This document shows positions 30,763 through 40,701 of a stretch of 64,000 nucleotides of DNA, one piece after another. Position numbers and translations under genes: made by a program. The notes beneath the pieces were generated by a model that was given only the letters and a program-made list of their open reading frames with translations, did not search any database and had not been told where the DNA came from. Numbering within the stretch: position 1 is the stretch's first letter; every line of letters begins with the position of its first letter. Origin of the DNA: a bacterium (GTDB lineage Bacteria > UBA10199 > 2-02-FULL-50-16 > JAJFLM01); the NCBI GenBank assembly GCA_965216315.1, contig CBDCFN010000016.1, forward strand, positions 2,080,001-2,144,000, in the 5' to 3' direction.

Positions 30763-31422
30763 TCAACCGTACATCTGCGCATTATGCGTCTCTTCAAACG
30801 CTTTAATCTCGGCCTCATGCGCTAACGTCAGTCCGATATCATCAAGCCCCTGGGTCAATCTTTTCTTGGCACCTGCATCAATCTCGAAATGAATCGTCTC
30901 GCGCGCCTCTTCTTCCGGCTCCTCATCGGCCGTATGCAACAAGATCTTTTGCTCCGGCAGATCGACCGTTAGCTCGAGGCGTTCGTTGTGTTTGAGGGCC
31001 TCTTTGATTTGATTAACTTGTTCCACTTCCAATTCGATACATAAGAGCCCGTTCTTCACGCTGTTGTTCCGAAAGATGTCCGCAAAACCGGGAATCGAAT
31101 CCCCCGCCACTGTCACCCGCGGGGCAATCACGACATCAAAGCCATATTGTTTGACCGCCCACACCGCGTGCTCGCGACTCGAACCGCAACCAAAATTGTT
31201 GCCGGCCACTAAGATGCTCGCACCTTCAAAACGGGCTTGATTGAGTTCGAAGTCGGGATTGTCCTTGCCATTCGCCAAGTAACGCCAATCAAAGAAAAGG
31301 CTCTCGCCGTAGCCGGTTTTCTTAATCGACTTGAGAAATTGTTTGGGAATGATCTGATCCGTGTCGATATTACCCCGGTCTAAAAGGGCAACGATTCCGC
31401 GATGTGTCGTGAAGGCTTCCAT
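30763..31422 (-). CDS. leuD: 3-isopropylmalate dehydratase small subunit
   Basis: NIDTDQIIPKQFLK, NFGCGSSREHA, FADIFRNN, GLDDIGLTL. Confidence 0.96.
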   Translation of the reverse strand: MEAFTTHRGIVALLDRGNIDTDQIIPKQFLKSIKKTGYGESLFFDWRYLANGKDNPDFELNQARFEGASILVAGNNFGCGSSREHAVWAVKQYGFDVVIAPRVTVAGDSIPGFADIFRNNSVKNGLLCIELEVEQVNQIKEALKHNERLELTVDLPEQKILLHTADEEPEEEARETIHFEIDAGAKKRLTQGLDDIGLTLAHEAEIKAFEETHNAQMYG

Positions 31423-31425
31423 CGT

Positions 31426-32826
31426 TTAACTCCACTTCCTTATATCCACAAAATGCCCTTCTATCGCCGCTGCCGCCGCCATTTGCGGGGAGACGAGGTG
31501 CGTGCGGCCGCCCTTGCCTTGGCGTCCTTCGAAGTTGCGATTGGACGTTGAGGCACACCGCTGACCCGGCTGCAAGACATCCGCATTCATCGCCAAACAC
31601 ATACTACATCCGGGTTCGCGCCAATCCGCTCCCGCCTCCTTAAAGATTGCATCAAGACCTTCGGCTTCCGCCTGTTTTTTGACGGCAAACGAGCCGGGCA
31701 CGATCATGGCATTAACACCCTTATTGACTTTGCGCCCCTGGAATATTTCCGCTGCAGCCCGCAAGTCCTCGATGCGGGCATTCGTACAACTCCCGATAAA
31801 AACAACATCGACCTGGATGTCACTGACAGGCTGATTCGCTGTCAGTCCCATATATTCGAGGGCACGTTGTGCGTCTTCTTTGGAAACTGTCTTGAGCGAT
31901 CCTGGTTCGGGAACATGATCCGCAACACCCATCGTCATACCGGGGCTCGTTCCCCAAGTCACCTGGGGCGATAAGGCGGCGGTATCAATGCTCAACTCGC
32001 GATCGTAACTGGCTCCTTCATCGCTCGGCAACGACTGCCAATCTTTGATGGCCGTGTTCAAGTCATCCCCTTGAGGGGCATAAGCGCGTTCGGTTTGCGT
32101 CAAATAATCAATTGTCGTTTGGTCAGGAGCAACTAAGCCGGCACGCGCACCGGCTTCAATACTCATGTTGCACAGAGTCATGCGCGCTTCCATCGACAAG
32201 CCTTTCACTGCCGCGCCCGTGTATTCCAATACATAACCGGTCCCGCCGGCCGTGCCGATCTCGCCGATCACTTTCAGAATCATATCTTTACTCGTCACCC
32301 GCGCCGGCAGGGATCCGATGAAATCAACTTTAAATGACTTGGGCCGGTTTTGATGCAGACACTGCGTTGCCAAGACATGCTCAACCTCACTAGTGCCGAT
32401 TCCGAAGGCCAGGGCCCCAAAGGCCCCGTGCGTCGAGGTATGACTGTCCCCGCAGACGATCGTCTTGCCGGGCAAGGTCAAGCCGAGTTCAGGACCAATC
32501 ACGTGCACAATGCCCTGGCGGGGATCGTCCATCCCATACAAGTTGACTCCAAATTCTTCGCAATTCTTGACGAGGGCTTCGACCTGCGCCTTGGCAATAG
32601 GGTCGGTTATCGTACGCGAAGGATCCGTTGGCACATTGTGGTCCATCGTCGCATGGGTCAAATCGGGGCGCCGCACCGTGCGTCCGTTCAAACGGAGTCC
32701 TTCGAAGGCCTGCGGACTCGTCACTTCATGCACCAAATGCAGGTCTATATAAATGATGGAGGTACCGTCTTCCAACGTAGCAACTTCGTGTCGTTCCCAG
32801 ATTTTATCGAACAGAGTCTTAGACAT
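31426..32826 (-). CDS. leuC: 3-isopropylmalate dehydratase large subunit; start revised to ATG 32826
   Basis: [62 protein letters not shown]. Confidence 0.96.
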   Translation of the reverse strand: MSKTLFDKIWERHEVATLEDGTSIIYIDLHLVHEVTSPQAFEGLRLNGRTVRRPDLTHATMDHNVPTDPSRTITDPIAKAQVEALVKNCEEFGVNLYGMDDPRQGIVHVIGPELGLTLPGKTIVCGDSHTSTHGAFGALAFGIGTSEVEHVLATQCLHQNRPKSFKVDFIGSLPARVTSKDMILKVIGEIGTAGGTGYVLEYTGAAVKGLSMEARMTLCNMSIEAGARAGLVAPDQTTIDYLTQTERAYAPQGDDLNTAIKDWQSLPSDEGASYDRELSIDTAALSPQVTWGTSPGMTMGVADHVPEPGSLKTVSKEDAQRALEYMGLTANQPVSDIQVDVVFIGSCTNARIEDLRAAAEIFQGRKVNKGVNAMIVPGSFAVKKQAEAEGLDAIFKEAGADWREPGCSMCLAMNADVLQPGQRCASTSNRNFEGRQGKGGRTHLVSPQMAAAAAIEGHFVDIRKWS

Positions 32827-32838
32827 TTGTTTCCTCTT

Positions 32839-32927
32839 AAATCCCCCCTGCCCCCCTTTACAAAGGGGGGGAATCCTAGTGATACCCGTTACCTCCCCCT
32901 TTAATAAAGGGGGACTGAGGGGGATTT
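32839..32927. repeat. Double-hairpin inverted-repeat element (CCCCCTTT-Nx-AAAGGGGG type, MITE-like) upstream of leuC
   Basis: AAATCCCCCCTGCCCCCCTTTACAAAGGGGGG ... CCCCCTTTAATAAAGGGGGACTGAGGGGGATTT terminal inverted arms. Confidence 0.7.
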
Positions 32928-32980
32928 TTCCCAACGAAGCAATCCTTATAACTCTGCAAAAGCTGAAATAGCAATATCCG

Positions 32981-33004
32981 AAACTTTTTATTTTCCACGT
33001 CGAT
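32981..33004 (+). promoter_or_regulatory. sigma28-like promoter (copy 2), leaderless geometry
   Basis: AAAC-N14-GTCGAT, 9 nt before ATG 33014. Confidence 0.55.
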
Positions 33005-33013
33005 GAGAGCTCC

Positions 33014-33943
33014 ATGTCTGTACTCAGCCTCATCACATCAACGGCCCTCCAAACTTGTTTGGGCAGTCTCAGCCAGGCCTGGACCGACTCGACGACAAGT
33101 ACCCTCCCCGCTTATCAGACCGTCGCCGACCAAGCCGTAACCCATTTATCCTGGTTGAGTTTTTCCGAGCCCCAGCATTATGTGCGGTCAACGCAACGAC
33201 TGCTCCGGCGTGAACTGCAGGCCGACTCCGCGCCGAGTCATATTGATGAAGCGACGGCCATTCGTGACGGCCTCTCGCTGCTGCGCCTGATCGGCTTGGA
33301 ATGGGAGACGATTGATCAGCTCGTTCCCGGCGCCCATACTTTCTACGAAACACGCGCCTGTAGTTGGTACGCGGATAGTGCACCTGAAGTTCATTTTGGC
33401 TACCCCTGGGCCGAGCCCGAAGATGAAGTACTCAGCGTGGACACGCCCACCTTCGAGAGCAAAATGGACATTCAAAACGACCACCTCATCCTCAACCCAA
33501 TGACCGGCACCGGTGAAGAAGCGATTCGACTCGCAACACGTCATCCGGAAAGTTTCGTCCTCGCCTATGACATTAACCCGGATAGCATTGTTACAGGCGT
33601 TTCAACCCTGATCGCTACCGAACACCCTGATCCAAACATTACTTTCACGGTTCACGACGCCCATACAAGCTTGGCCCTGGCAGATCATTCGGTGAACCGA
33701 CTCGTAATCAACGGTTACTCAACTTTCGGCTTCTCCGATGCACAACTCGTCTCTTTCTTTGCCGATCAAGTCCGCATGCTTGCCTCCAACTCGCGTATCT
33801 GGATGGACTTTTTACCCTACCGCCAACCCAGCGTTGACAGCCACACCTTTTATCTGGAATTAGCAGCTCACGCCGCTGGCCGCAGACTTCAACGCCTTGA
33901 CCTGCCCGCTGAGCTTAATGCTTACGCCGGCGTTATCGAATAA
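33014..33943 (+). CDS. Orphan protein with a degenerate class I SAM-methyltransferase-like C-terminal domain
   Basis: [35 protein letters not shown] resembles MTase motifs I-IV. Confidence 0.45.
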   Translation: MSVLSLITSTALQTCLGSLSQAWTDSTTSTLPAYQTVADQAVTHLSWLSFSEPQHYVRSTQRLLRRELQADSAPSHIDEATAIRDGLSLLRLIGLEWETIDQLVPGAHTFYETRACSWYADSAPEVHFGYPWAEPEDEVLSVDTPTFESKMDIQNDHLILNPMTGTGEEAIRLATRHPESFVLAYDINPDSIVTGVSTLIATEHPDPNITFTVHDAHTSLALADHSVNRLVINGYSTFGFSDAQLVSFFADQVRMLASNSRIWMDFLPYRQPSVDSHTFYLELAAHAAGRRLQRLDLPAELNAYAGVIE

Positions 33944-33989
33944 AGATAATTCTTGATCACTCATCGGAGATATGGTGGTTGATACCACC

Positions 33990-35159
33990 ATGAAACACAT
34001 AAAAACTTTTTCACTCTTGGCGACTCTAGCAATCATTACATTGGGTTGCGAAGCCCTCGATAGGGCCGACCAGGCTCTCATTGACTTTTACCATCAGCTC
34101 ACGTCTCAAGACAAAGAGGCCGAGCAAACATCCAAACCCACAGCGCCGACAGCTCCACCCAAGGACGTAGCACCGGTCCAAAATCCACAGCCAAGGACAG
34201 AGCCGCCGACTCCGACCGCAAACGAGCCCATCGCCGAGCAAGTCAAAAAATTCGTCGATGACGCCTTAAAAAAAGCCGCCGACGAAATCAATGCTAACTT
34301 GCCCGAACAAGTACCAACTGCCGATCCGGAGAGAGAGCTCAAAAAAACTTTACGCGGCTACACCCAATGCTTCAATCGCGTCGTCTCGCGCACGCGCGAC
34401 AGCTACAAGCGTTATCTTAGCTGGGTCGACAAGGCCAAAGGCCCGACCTGCAAGGAAGCGCGCATCAGTTACGGACTCTATACGCTCTACGAGGACAGCG
34501 TGAAGACCTGTCGTGAAGCCGCGGCCCACGCGCCCCAACAAACACCTCAGTTATTGAGTGCGCACCAGCAGGCCCTGAAATTGGCAGAATGCAATGCAGC
34601 TCTGGTGCCTCTCGTTCAAACAGTCGAAGACTACTATGATCAAGAGGACTACAAGGACGATGCCTGTGCCAAAGGGAAAAAATGGCATCCCGAACTGATC
34701 TCACTCTTTGAGCAATGTATTAGCGCGGCAAAGCTCTTAAGCCAAGAACTCATGACCCTCAACGCCGAACTCGATTCACGGGAACTCACGCGGCTGGAAA
34801 AGCAAGGGCCCAGCTTCGAACTTCACAACTTACGTCTCCTCATCTGTGCACGCCAACTCATGCAAAGTCTTCCGTCCGACGGCACGAAAACAGCGATTAA
34901 TTCAAGTCAATATCTCGAGAGATATAAAAAATGTGACGCTGATTACCAGGCTCTCAATAGTTACGCCAAAGCCAACGAGGATACGGTAAGCAAGGTTTTC
35001 TGGGGCAGTGTCTTTCTCGGTGACGCCAAGGACTTTTACATTGAAGCCAAAAAACTACGGCGTGTCTTCGAAGCAAACGAAGACCCGAGGCATAATCTCA
35101 ATTCTTTTATCAACGAGTACAACAGTATGGTTCGCAGCGCCAACAATCTCCGTTACTAG
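33990..35159 (+). CDS. Lipoprotein, YiiG/DUF3829-like
   Basis: Lipobox TLGC; SYKRYLSWV..GPT, YYDQEDYKDDA..KGK..H, YNSMV..N. Confidence 0.6.
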   Translation: MKHIKTFSLLATLAIITLGCEALDRADQALIDFYHQLTSQDKEAEQTSKPTAPTAPPKDVAPVQNPQPRTEPPTPTANEPIAEQVKKFVDDALKKAADEINANLPEQVPTADPERELKKTLRGYTQCFNRVVSRTRDSYKRYLSWVDKAKGPTCKEARISYGLYTLYEDSVKTCREAAAHAPQQTPQLLSAHQQALKLAECNAALVPLVQTVEDYYDQEDYKDDACAKGKKWHPELISLFEQCISAAKLLSQELMTLNAELDSRELTRLEKQGPSFELHNLRLLICARQLMQSLPSDGTKTAINSSQYLERYKKCDADYQALNSYAKANEDTVSKVFWGSVFLGDAKDFYIEAKKLRRVFEANEDPRHNLNSFINEYNSMVRSANNLRY

Positions 35160-35196
35160 ACTAATTCAGTTGCATTCTTAAAAACTGTTTACACGA

Positions 35197-35212
35197 GTCA
35201 ACACTTGTTGAC
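35197..35212. promoter_or_regulatory. 7-2-7 palindrome upstream of sigma28-like promoter copy 3
   Basis: GTCAACA-CT-TGTTGAC. Confidence 0.4.
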
Positions 35213-35233
35213 GGCTTCGTAAATTCTCAACAG

Positions 35234-35259
35234 AAACTTCCTCTCTTTTCAGCCGATAA
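35234..35259 (+). promoter_or_regulatory. sigma28-like promoter (copy 3)
   Basis: AAAC-N14-GCCGATAA (exact sigma28 -10), ATG 12 nt after GCCGAT. Confidence 0.65.
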
Positions 35260-35269
35260 GGCACGCACT

Positions 35270-36505
35270 ATGACATCACCAATTTTGACTCAAGCATCAA
35301 TCTTTTTGTCCGGGGCCACGGCGATGACGGCCCTCTTAACCACTTCGTGCACGGGCGAAGAAAATCAAATGCATCCACCGACCGCGGTATCTTCGTTAAC
35401 CGCGACGCCCCAAGGTGTCTCGTATGAACGACGTTGCATTTCTGATGCAAGCTGCACAGAAGAGCAACGAGTCGCCGCCGTATCAGACTATTTGAGTGCC
35501 GTTTACGGCAATAATAATTCTTTCCAATATGATAATGTCCTCACTCCTGTTGAAGGAGCTCATGCAAAAACTTATGGACCGACTGTCAACCTCTCGCAGC
35601 TACCACAGTTGTTTCACCGGGCCCAGGGAAGTGCGCTACAATCCTTTATTTCGCCAGCTCAACCGGCACTCTGCAATAATTTGAGCCTCTGGCACCTCCT
35701 CAAGGGCAGTGACGCCTCTCTGGGCGCTGCCACCGCGATTGGCGGTGTCCATCACTGCTTTAGTCAATTCGCCACCATTTTCAATGCCGCCAAGGTAGAA
35801 CAAGAGATCGCTGCTAATCCGCAGGACTGGATCTTTTTTGTCGAGATCAGCCAGGAGATGGAGCACGCTAAAAAACAGGGAAAGGATGTCCGCAAGGATG
35901 AAGTCGCCCTGATCTATCAAATTGCTGATCGACTTAATATCCCTAAAGAAAATCCAGTCGTCCCATACAACAGTGAGCCGGTCATGAAAGCCCTGGAAGC
36001 CAAAGGAATCTCGCGAACCGAACAGGCCACGGCTTGGGTGGTGTTTCACCTCCTTACTGATATCACGAGCACTCTTGTTCAGCGAAAAGATTTCAAACAA
36101 AAACCACCCGCCCAACTTAAAAAGATGGCGTATGATATCCTCAAGAGTTATTTTGCGCCCGGCGCCGTAAGACACCCTGTCATCACAGGATCGTTGCAAG
36201 TGTATGGACTGAATGCCGACAGCTTTTATAAGGCCTGTCAGAACTTCATCAAACCTCGTCCCGGCGAATCAACAGGAGCGGCCCTAGACAGGATACAAAA
36301 GAAAACTACGGCCACAATGGAGCAAGGCACAAAACTCGCAACTCAGTTAACAGTTCAACACATTCAGGCCAAACTCAAACAACACGGCCGGAAACAGGCC
36401 CTCTATCAAATGGGCGTCATGAATGCCCCCGTATTGAAGCAGATATACAAAGACCTCAAAGCCGTTCCGCTGGTTGCAAACGCCCCGACAGCCCCGAAAA
36501 AATAG
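35270..36505 (+). CDS. Orphan hypothetical protein
   Basis: 411-aa ORF, uncharged N-terminus with lipobox-like LTTSC; no recognisable domain. Confidence 0.7.
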   Translation: MTSPILTQASIFLSGATAMTALLTTSCTGEENQMHPPTAVSSLTATPQGVSYERRCISDASCTEEQRVAAVSDYLSAVYGNNNSFQYDNVLTPVEGAHAKTYGPTVNLSQLPQLFHRAQGSALQSFISPAQPALCNNLSLWHLLKGSDASLGAATAIGGVHHCFSQFATIFNAAKVEQEIAANPQDWIFFVEISQEMEHAKKQGKDVRKDEVALIYQIADRLNIPKENPVVPYNSEPVMKALEAKGISRTEQATAWVVFHLLTDITSTLVQRKDFKQKPPAQLKKMAYDILKSYFAPGAVRHPVITGSLQVYGLNADSFYKACQNFIKPRPGESTGAALDRIQKKTTATMEQGTKLATQLTVQHIQAKLKQHGRKQALYQMGVMNAPVLKQIYKDLKAVPLVANAPTAPKK

Positions 36506-36518
36506 AAAGGCTTATCCG

Positions 36519-37136
36519 ATGATTGCTCAAAATATCCAAGCTAATTTAACGATACTCGGACTCACGGACATGATGGTGACCGGCATGATGAGCGGCAATC
36601 AAAGCCTAGACCAGGCCGGCGGCACAATTCCGGTGACGGATGCCCCCATGCTCTTAAGCACCTTGTGCGCCGAAAGCCACACCCTGCGACACAGTGCCGA
36701 GATGAAACACCGTCAGGCCGGTGGCAATCAGTTTCAATTGAATTCTTATAACATCCAGGTCGTCAATGATGCCGGCGATACAATCGGTAAAATCGACTCG
36801 GACGGCGTATTTCAATATACGGCAGCACCGGATCTCGCGTTGTGTCTCGGTTGGGCAATCGCCACCGATATCGGCCGAAACAAAGTCATTGAAGATGTTT
36901 CCCTGCAAAATCTGACTTCCTCGACGCAGGACCGGATCACCGGCGCGGTCTCCAACGCCATGAGCCAGGACTATTTCTTCGGTGACTGGATGAACTTTCT
37001 AGAGAAAGACCTGATGGTCTATGACCGAACCACGCGCTTCGGCGACGGTTATTGCGGTGTCGCCAACCTCTTCTGGGAGGTCGGCCTGCGCACGCTGTTC
37101 GGAATCGAGCATTCAGGGTACGACTTCGCGTACTAG
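36519..37136 (+). CDS. Orphan hypothetical protein; start revised to ATG 36519
   Basis: GAAAGG SD; follows the upstream orphan; uncharged N-terminus MIAQNIQANLTILGL. Confidence 0.65.
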   Translation: MIAQNIQANLTILGLTDMMVTGMMSGNQSLDQAGGTIPVTDAPMLLSTLCAESHTLRHSAEMKHRQAGGNQFQLNSYNIQVVNDAGDTIGKIDSDGVFQYTAAPDLALCLGWAIATDIGRNKVIEDVSLQNLTSSTQDRITGAVSNAMSQDYFFGDWMNFLEKDLMVYDRTTRFGDGYCGVANLFWEVGLRTLFGIEHSGYDFAY

Positions 37137-37145
37137 GCTATTTCT

Positions 37146-37177
37146 GTAAGGGGCACGGCCGCGTTGCCGTGCTCCTA
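37146..37177. repeat. REP-like hairpin / bidirectional terminator between convergent genes
   Basis: GGGGCACGGC-CGCGTT-GCCGTGCTCC preceded by GTAA. Confidence 0.5.
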
Positions 37178-38713
37178 TGAAAAAAGCCGCTCAAAGAAGA
37201 AGAACCAGTTACCCGGCTCGTATTCATTTTCGAACACACTATCAATCGTCCCGTCGCCGTCACTGTCCGTTTCCGACCTGGTAATGTAACCCTCGTCATT
37301 CACGGTACGGGTCGTCCGCCTGTCAACGGTTCCGTCTGCCCCATCATCGCGCTCAAACAGAATTTCATTGCCCAACTCGTCGTAAGTGCTCGTCGTGATG
37401 CGATCCACCGTCCCATCGCCATTTGAATCGAAATTCACTGCGATTTCCCGGCCCAACGCGTCATATTCCCTTTCCGTAATGATATCCGGCGTGCCGTCGG
37501 CGTCAAAGTCGTTTTCCGACCGAATCTCGCGACCATTTGCGTCCACGACCCGCGTTGAAGTTGAATTAATCGTCCCGTCGAGGCCGTCATCGCGCGCTGT
37601 CCCGATCACATTAAAATTATCATCAAAAAATGTTTCCGTCTCACTCTCAAATGTTCCGTCACCATCGACATCGACACGAAAAATGGTCTGATTGTTATTC
37701 GCGTCATATTCATGTTCCTGAACGCGATCGATAACACCGTCGCCATCATTATCCCGCGTCGACCGGATCTCGTTACCCAAATCGTCATATTCTCGTTCTT
37801 CGATAATATCGGGCGTCCCATCGTTGTTGCTGTCGGTCTCGGATCGAACCAGCCGACCGAACGCATCGTAAATATTATCCGTCGCCTCATCGATAACGCC
37901 GTCAGCGTTATTATCTATCTGAAAACTCTCAACTTGATTGCGCTCGTTATACGTCAGGTGGAAAATACTATCGATTGTCCCGTCCCCGTCACTGTCGCTT
38001 TCGAAGCGCTCAACTTGCCCGGCGTCATTGTAAATTTCGGTATTAATGTTGTCGAAAGTCCCGTCGCCGTCGAAATCACCCCGACTGACGGTTTGGCGGA
38101 ACAGTTCCGGTTCTAATCCGAGCGTCGAATAGAGATGATCCAGGACGCCGACGTAATCGACGGGGAAGGGACCTTCAGTCCAAAGACCGTCAGCGCGGCC
38201 GTCGCGAATCAACGAGTTGAGACCAATGTCACGCGGAAAGATAAACAGGCGCCGCGCAAAGTCGACACTCTTACCGGCAGCCAGCTCGGAAAGCCCCTCA
38301 GGCAGCACGATCCCGTTGCTTGGATCCTGGTCCTGATCCAGCCCCTGCAACATCGCCGCAATATTCGCAACCGTCACGAAAGGATCCTCGATCCGCATGG
38401 TGAGATTATTGAATACCCGCCGCAGTTCCCGCGCGTCGGTAATCGGTTCGGCTCCTGACACCAAGTCAAAGGGACTGACGAGCTCCTGACCTAGGGTTTC
38501 CCCCAAATCAATATCACCTAAAAAAAAGCGGGTCATCTCATCCTCACGAAATAGAAAGATGCCGGCTGCATCCGTCACGCCACTTTCGCTTTCACTCGCG
38601 TAAGACAGGCCTTGCACCGGACTATCAACAAAGACCCCTTCGTTGGGCCCTGAACCACAGGCTGTCAGTGCAATGACAAAAGCACTTACTAAGATACAAC
38701 GTTGAATAGACAT
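37175..38713 (-). CDS. Lipoprotein with about 11 tandem 27-aa DxDxDG/YD acidic repeats
   Basis: Lipobox LTAC; GVFVDSPVQGLSY N-domain; repeats such as SDSDGDGTIDSIFHLTYNERNQVESFQ. Confidence 0.8.
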   Translation of the reverse strand: MSIQRCILVSAFVIALTACGSGPNEGVFVDSPVQGLSYASESESGVTDAAGIFLFREDEMTRFFLGDIDLGETLGQELVSPFDLVSGAEPITDARELRRVFNNLTMRIEDPFVTVANIAAMLQGLDQDQDPSNGIVLPEGLSELAAGKSVDFARRLFIFPRDIGLNSLIRDGRADGLWTEGPFPVDYVGVLDHLYSTLGLEPELFRQTVSRGDFDGDGTFDNINTEIYNDAGQVERFESDSDGDGTIDSIFHLTYNERNQVESFQIDNNADGVIDEATDNIYDAFGRLVRSETDSNNDGTPDIIEEREYDDLGNEIRSTRDNDGDGVIDRVQEHEYDANNNQTIFRVDVDGDGTFESETETFFDDNFNVIGTARDDGLDGTINSTSTRVVDANGREIRSENDFDADGTPDIITEREYDALGREIAVNFDSNGDGTVDRITTSTYDELGNEILFERDDGADGTVDRRTTRTVNDEGYITRSETDSDGDGTIDSVFENEYEPGNWFFFFERLFS

Positions 38714-38803
38714 GGCGACCCTCCCTTGGTGAAACGCGAAAATCAGTCTTTTTTCGCAGCTATCTTAGCCCTGAAACGGCTTAGACTCAAGCATATCCGT
38801 TTC

Positions 38804-39376
38804 CTAAAAAGCGGCCACCCGATAGATAAAGAAACCCGCGACGATGCCGGATGCAATCGCGATTGCGTGCAATGCCACCAGGAAAGCCCTGGGGACACCG
38901 AGAGGAAACACGCTTTCCTCGCGGGTATGAGGATTGACGGTGGAGCCTAAGAGGACCATGCCCAATTTTCTCCGGCCGATAAGCAACAAGGGTCCACCAC
39001 CCATCAGGACAAACAATACACCGCAGATAAACCAAGAGATGACAAAGCCACTCTCACCCGGCGGGTTGAAGGCATACTCGAAAAAGTTCCATCCTAATGC
39101 CAGAAAAAGGCCGCACCAAAAAAATCCGGTAAAGTTGGGGCCGTTCTTTACCAGGCTGGCCAGATAGAGCCCGCCGAAAACAAATAAAGACAGGATCGAC
39201 AGCGGCGTCAACACCGCGGCGTTTTCCGGGCACCGAACCGCGATCTGATAAGGGCCTCCCTCGGCGCAAAACCCGCCGACGTTCATTACCGCCCGCATCG
39301 CCAGGAATAGCACCGTCAGTGCAGCCGCAAATCCCAGCAAGCCGACGAACATTCTCACCACGCGTGAGGGCTTCAT
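38804..39376 (-). CDS. Integral membrane hypothetical protein (start uncertain, 39376 or 39403)
   Basis: About five hydrophobic segments; GGFCAEGGPY..CP motif. Confidence 0.65.
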   Translation of the reverse strand: MKPSRVVRMFVGLLGFAAALTVLFLAMRAVMNVGGFCAEGGPYQIAVRCPENAAVLTPLSILSLFVFGGLYLASLVKNGPNFTGFFWCGLFLALGWNFFEYAFNPPGESGFVISWFICGVLFVLMGGGPLLLIGRRKLGMVLLGSTVNPHTREESVFPLGVPRAFLVALHAIAIASGIVAGFFIYRVAAF

Positions 39377-39468
39377 TTCCGCCTGTAAGCCTTGAATGAA
39401 CATTGATGAACTTTGTTTTATGAAATCATTTTCCAGTTCGCAAGCGGAGACTGGAAGCAAAGGATCGG

Positions 39469-40641
39469 CTAAAACGCCTCCGCCGCGGCGTAGGCTGAGG
39501 CCCAGGCCCACTGGAAATTAAACCCACCGAGAGCTCCGGTCACATCGACAACTTCTCCGATAAAATAAAGTCCGGAGCACAATTTCGATTCCATTGTCTT
39601 GGACGACAGTTCATCCGTTGAAACACCTCCCTTGGTCACCTCGGCCTTATGATAACCATCACGAGCTGCTGGAATCACTTCAAAATGATGAAGTTTCGCG
39701 GCAAATTGCTTGAGCCGCTTTTCGCTCACTTGATCCAACGACTGTGAGATATTTTCAAGCTTACAGAGTTGCTCCGCCAATCGAGACGGCAAGTGCTGGG
39801 CAAGCGCGTTTTTCACCAGACTTTTGGAGCCGCTATCGCGTTGCGACAACAACAACTCTTGCAATGAGGACTGCGACGAGAAATCAAGCCACAACGGCTC
39901 GCCTTCCTGCCAATGCAGCGTGATATTGAGTATCGCCGGTCCTGACAGACCGTCATGCGTGAATAACAGATCTTCATTAAGGCTTTGGGTCGCCGTCTTC
40001 ACCGTGACGGGACAAGAGATCCCCGCCAATCCACCCCACCGCTCACGATCGCTTTCCGACCAGAGCAGCGGCGTCAGTGCGGCTTGAAGCGGTATTATCG
40101 TATGCCCAAAGGATTCCGCAACGCGATACCCAAAGTCCGTCGCCCCGAGACGTTCATAGGACAGACCCCCCGTCGCAATGACGACGCGCGGAGTTGTAAA
40201 GCGATCGCCTGGCGTCGTTATCTCGAACCCGTCATCCTGTCGTTCTAGTTTCGTAGTAGCAACACCATAAACGATGCTAACGCCTGCTGCCTCACACTCA
40301 CGAAGCAACAGATTCACGATTTCTTTGGAAGACGTATCGCAGAAGAGCTGACCCCGATGCTTTTCGTGATAAGCGATGCCGGCACGCTCTATAAATTCGA
40401 TAAAATCTGCTGAGGGGTAACGCGCAAGGGCGGACTTGCAAAAGTGCGGGTTACGCGAAACGTAGTTGGATGAGCTAACGACGCGATTCGTAAAGTTACA
40501 CCGCCCACCTCCGGAAATAAGTATTTTGAGACCCGGTCGGGCTTGCTTCTCAAGAACAAGGACATTGTGACCCCGCTGAGCCGCCTGGAAAGCGCAAAAC
40601 AATCCGGCGGCTCCTGCTCCGACAATAATGACATCGTACAT
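39469..40641 (-). CDS. HI0933/BaiN-family NAD(P)/FAD flavoprotein
   Basis: GAGAAG, KILISGGGRCNFTN, ATGGLS, LFTHDGLSGPAIL, GEVVDVTG..GGFNFQWA. Confidence 0.93.
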   Translation of the reverse strand: MYDVIIVGAGAAGLFCAFQAAQRGHNVLVLEKQARPGLKILISGGGRCNFTNRVVSSSNYVSRNPHFCKSALARYPSADFIEFIERAGIAYHEKHRGQLFCDTSSKEIVNLLLRECEAAGVSIVYGVATTKLERQDDGFEITTPGDRFTTPRVVIATGGLSYERLGATDFGYRVAESFGHTIIPLQAALTPLLWSESDRERWGGLAGISCPVTVKTATQSLNEDLLFTHDGLSGPAILNITLHWQEGEPLWLDFSSQSSLQELLLSQRDSGSKSLVKNALAQHLPSRLAEQLCKLENISQSLDQVSEKRLKQFAAKLHHFEVIPAARDGYHKAEVTKGGVSTDELSSKTMESKLCSGLYFIGEVVDVTGALGGFNFQWAWASAYAAAEAF

Positions 40642-40701
40642 ACACGGGATTTAGTACGTCGTTGAGCGAAAGTTCACAAGAGAAGTCTTGCCCGCAAGAA
40701 T

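Noticed and set aside
32827..33036. 70-aa N-terminal extension of LeuC in the ORF track
   Set aside because: It reads through the inverted-repeat element; the conserved LeuC start with SD is at 32826.
36497..36520. Possible extra sigma28-like motif (AAAA-N14-TCCGAT)
   Set aside because: The -10 overlaps the ATG itself and the -35 is poor; the gene has an SD and is probably co-transcribed.
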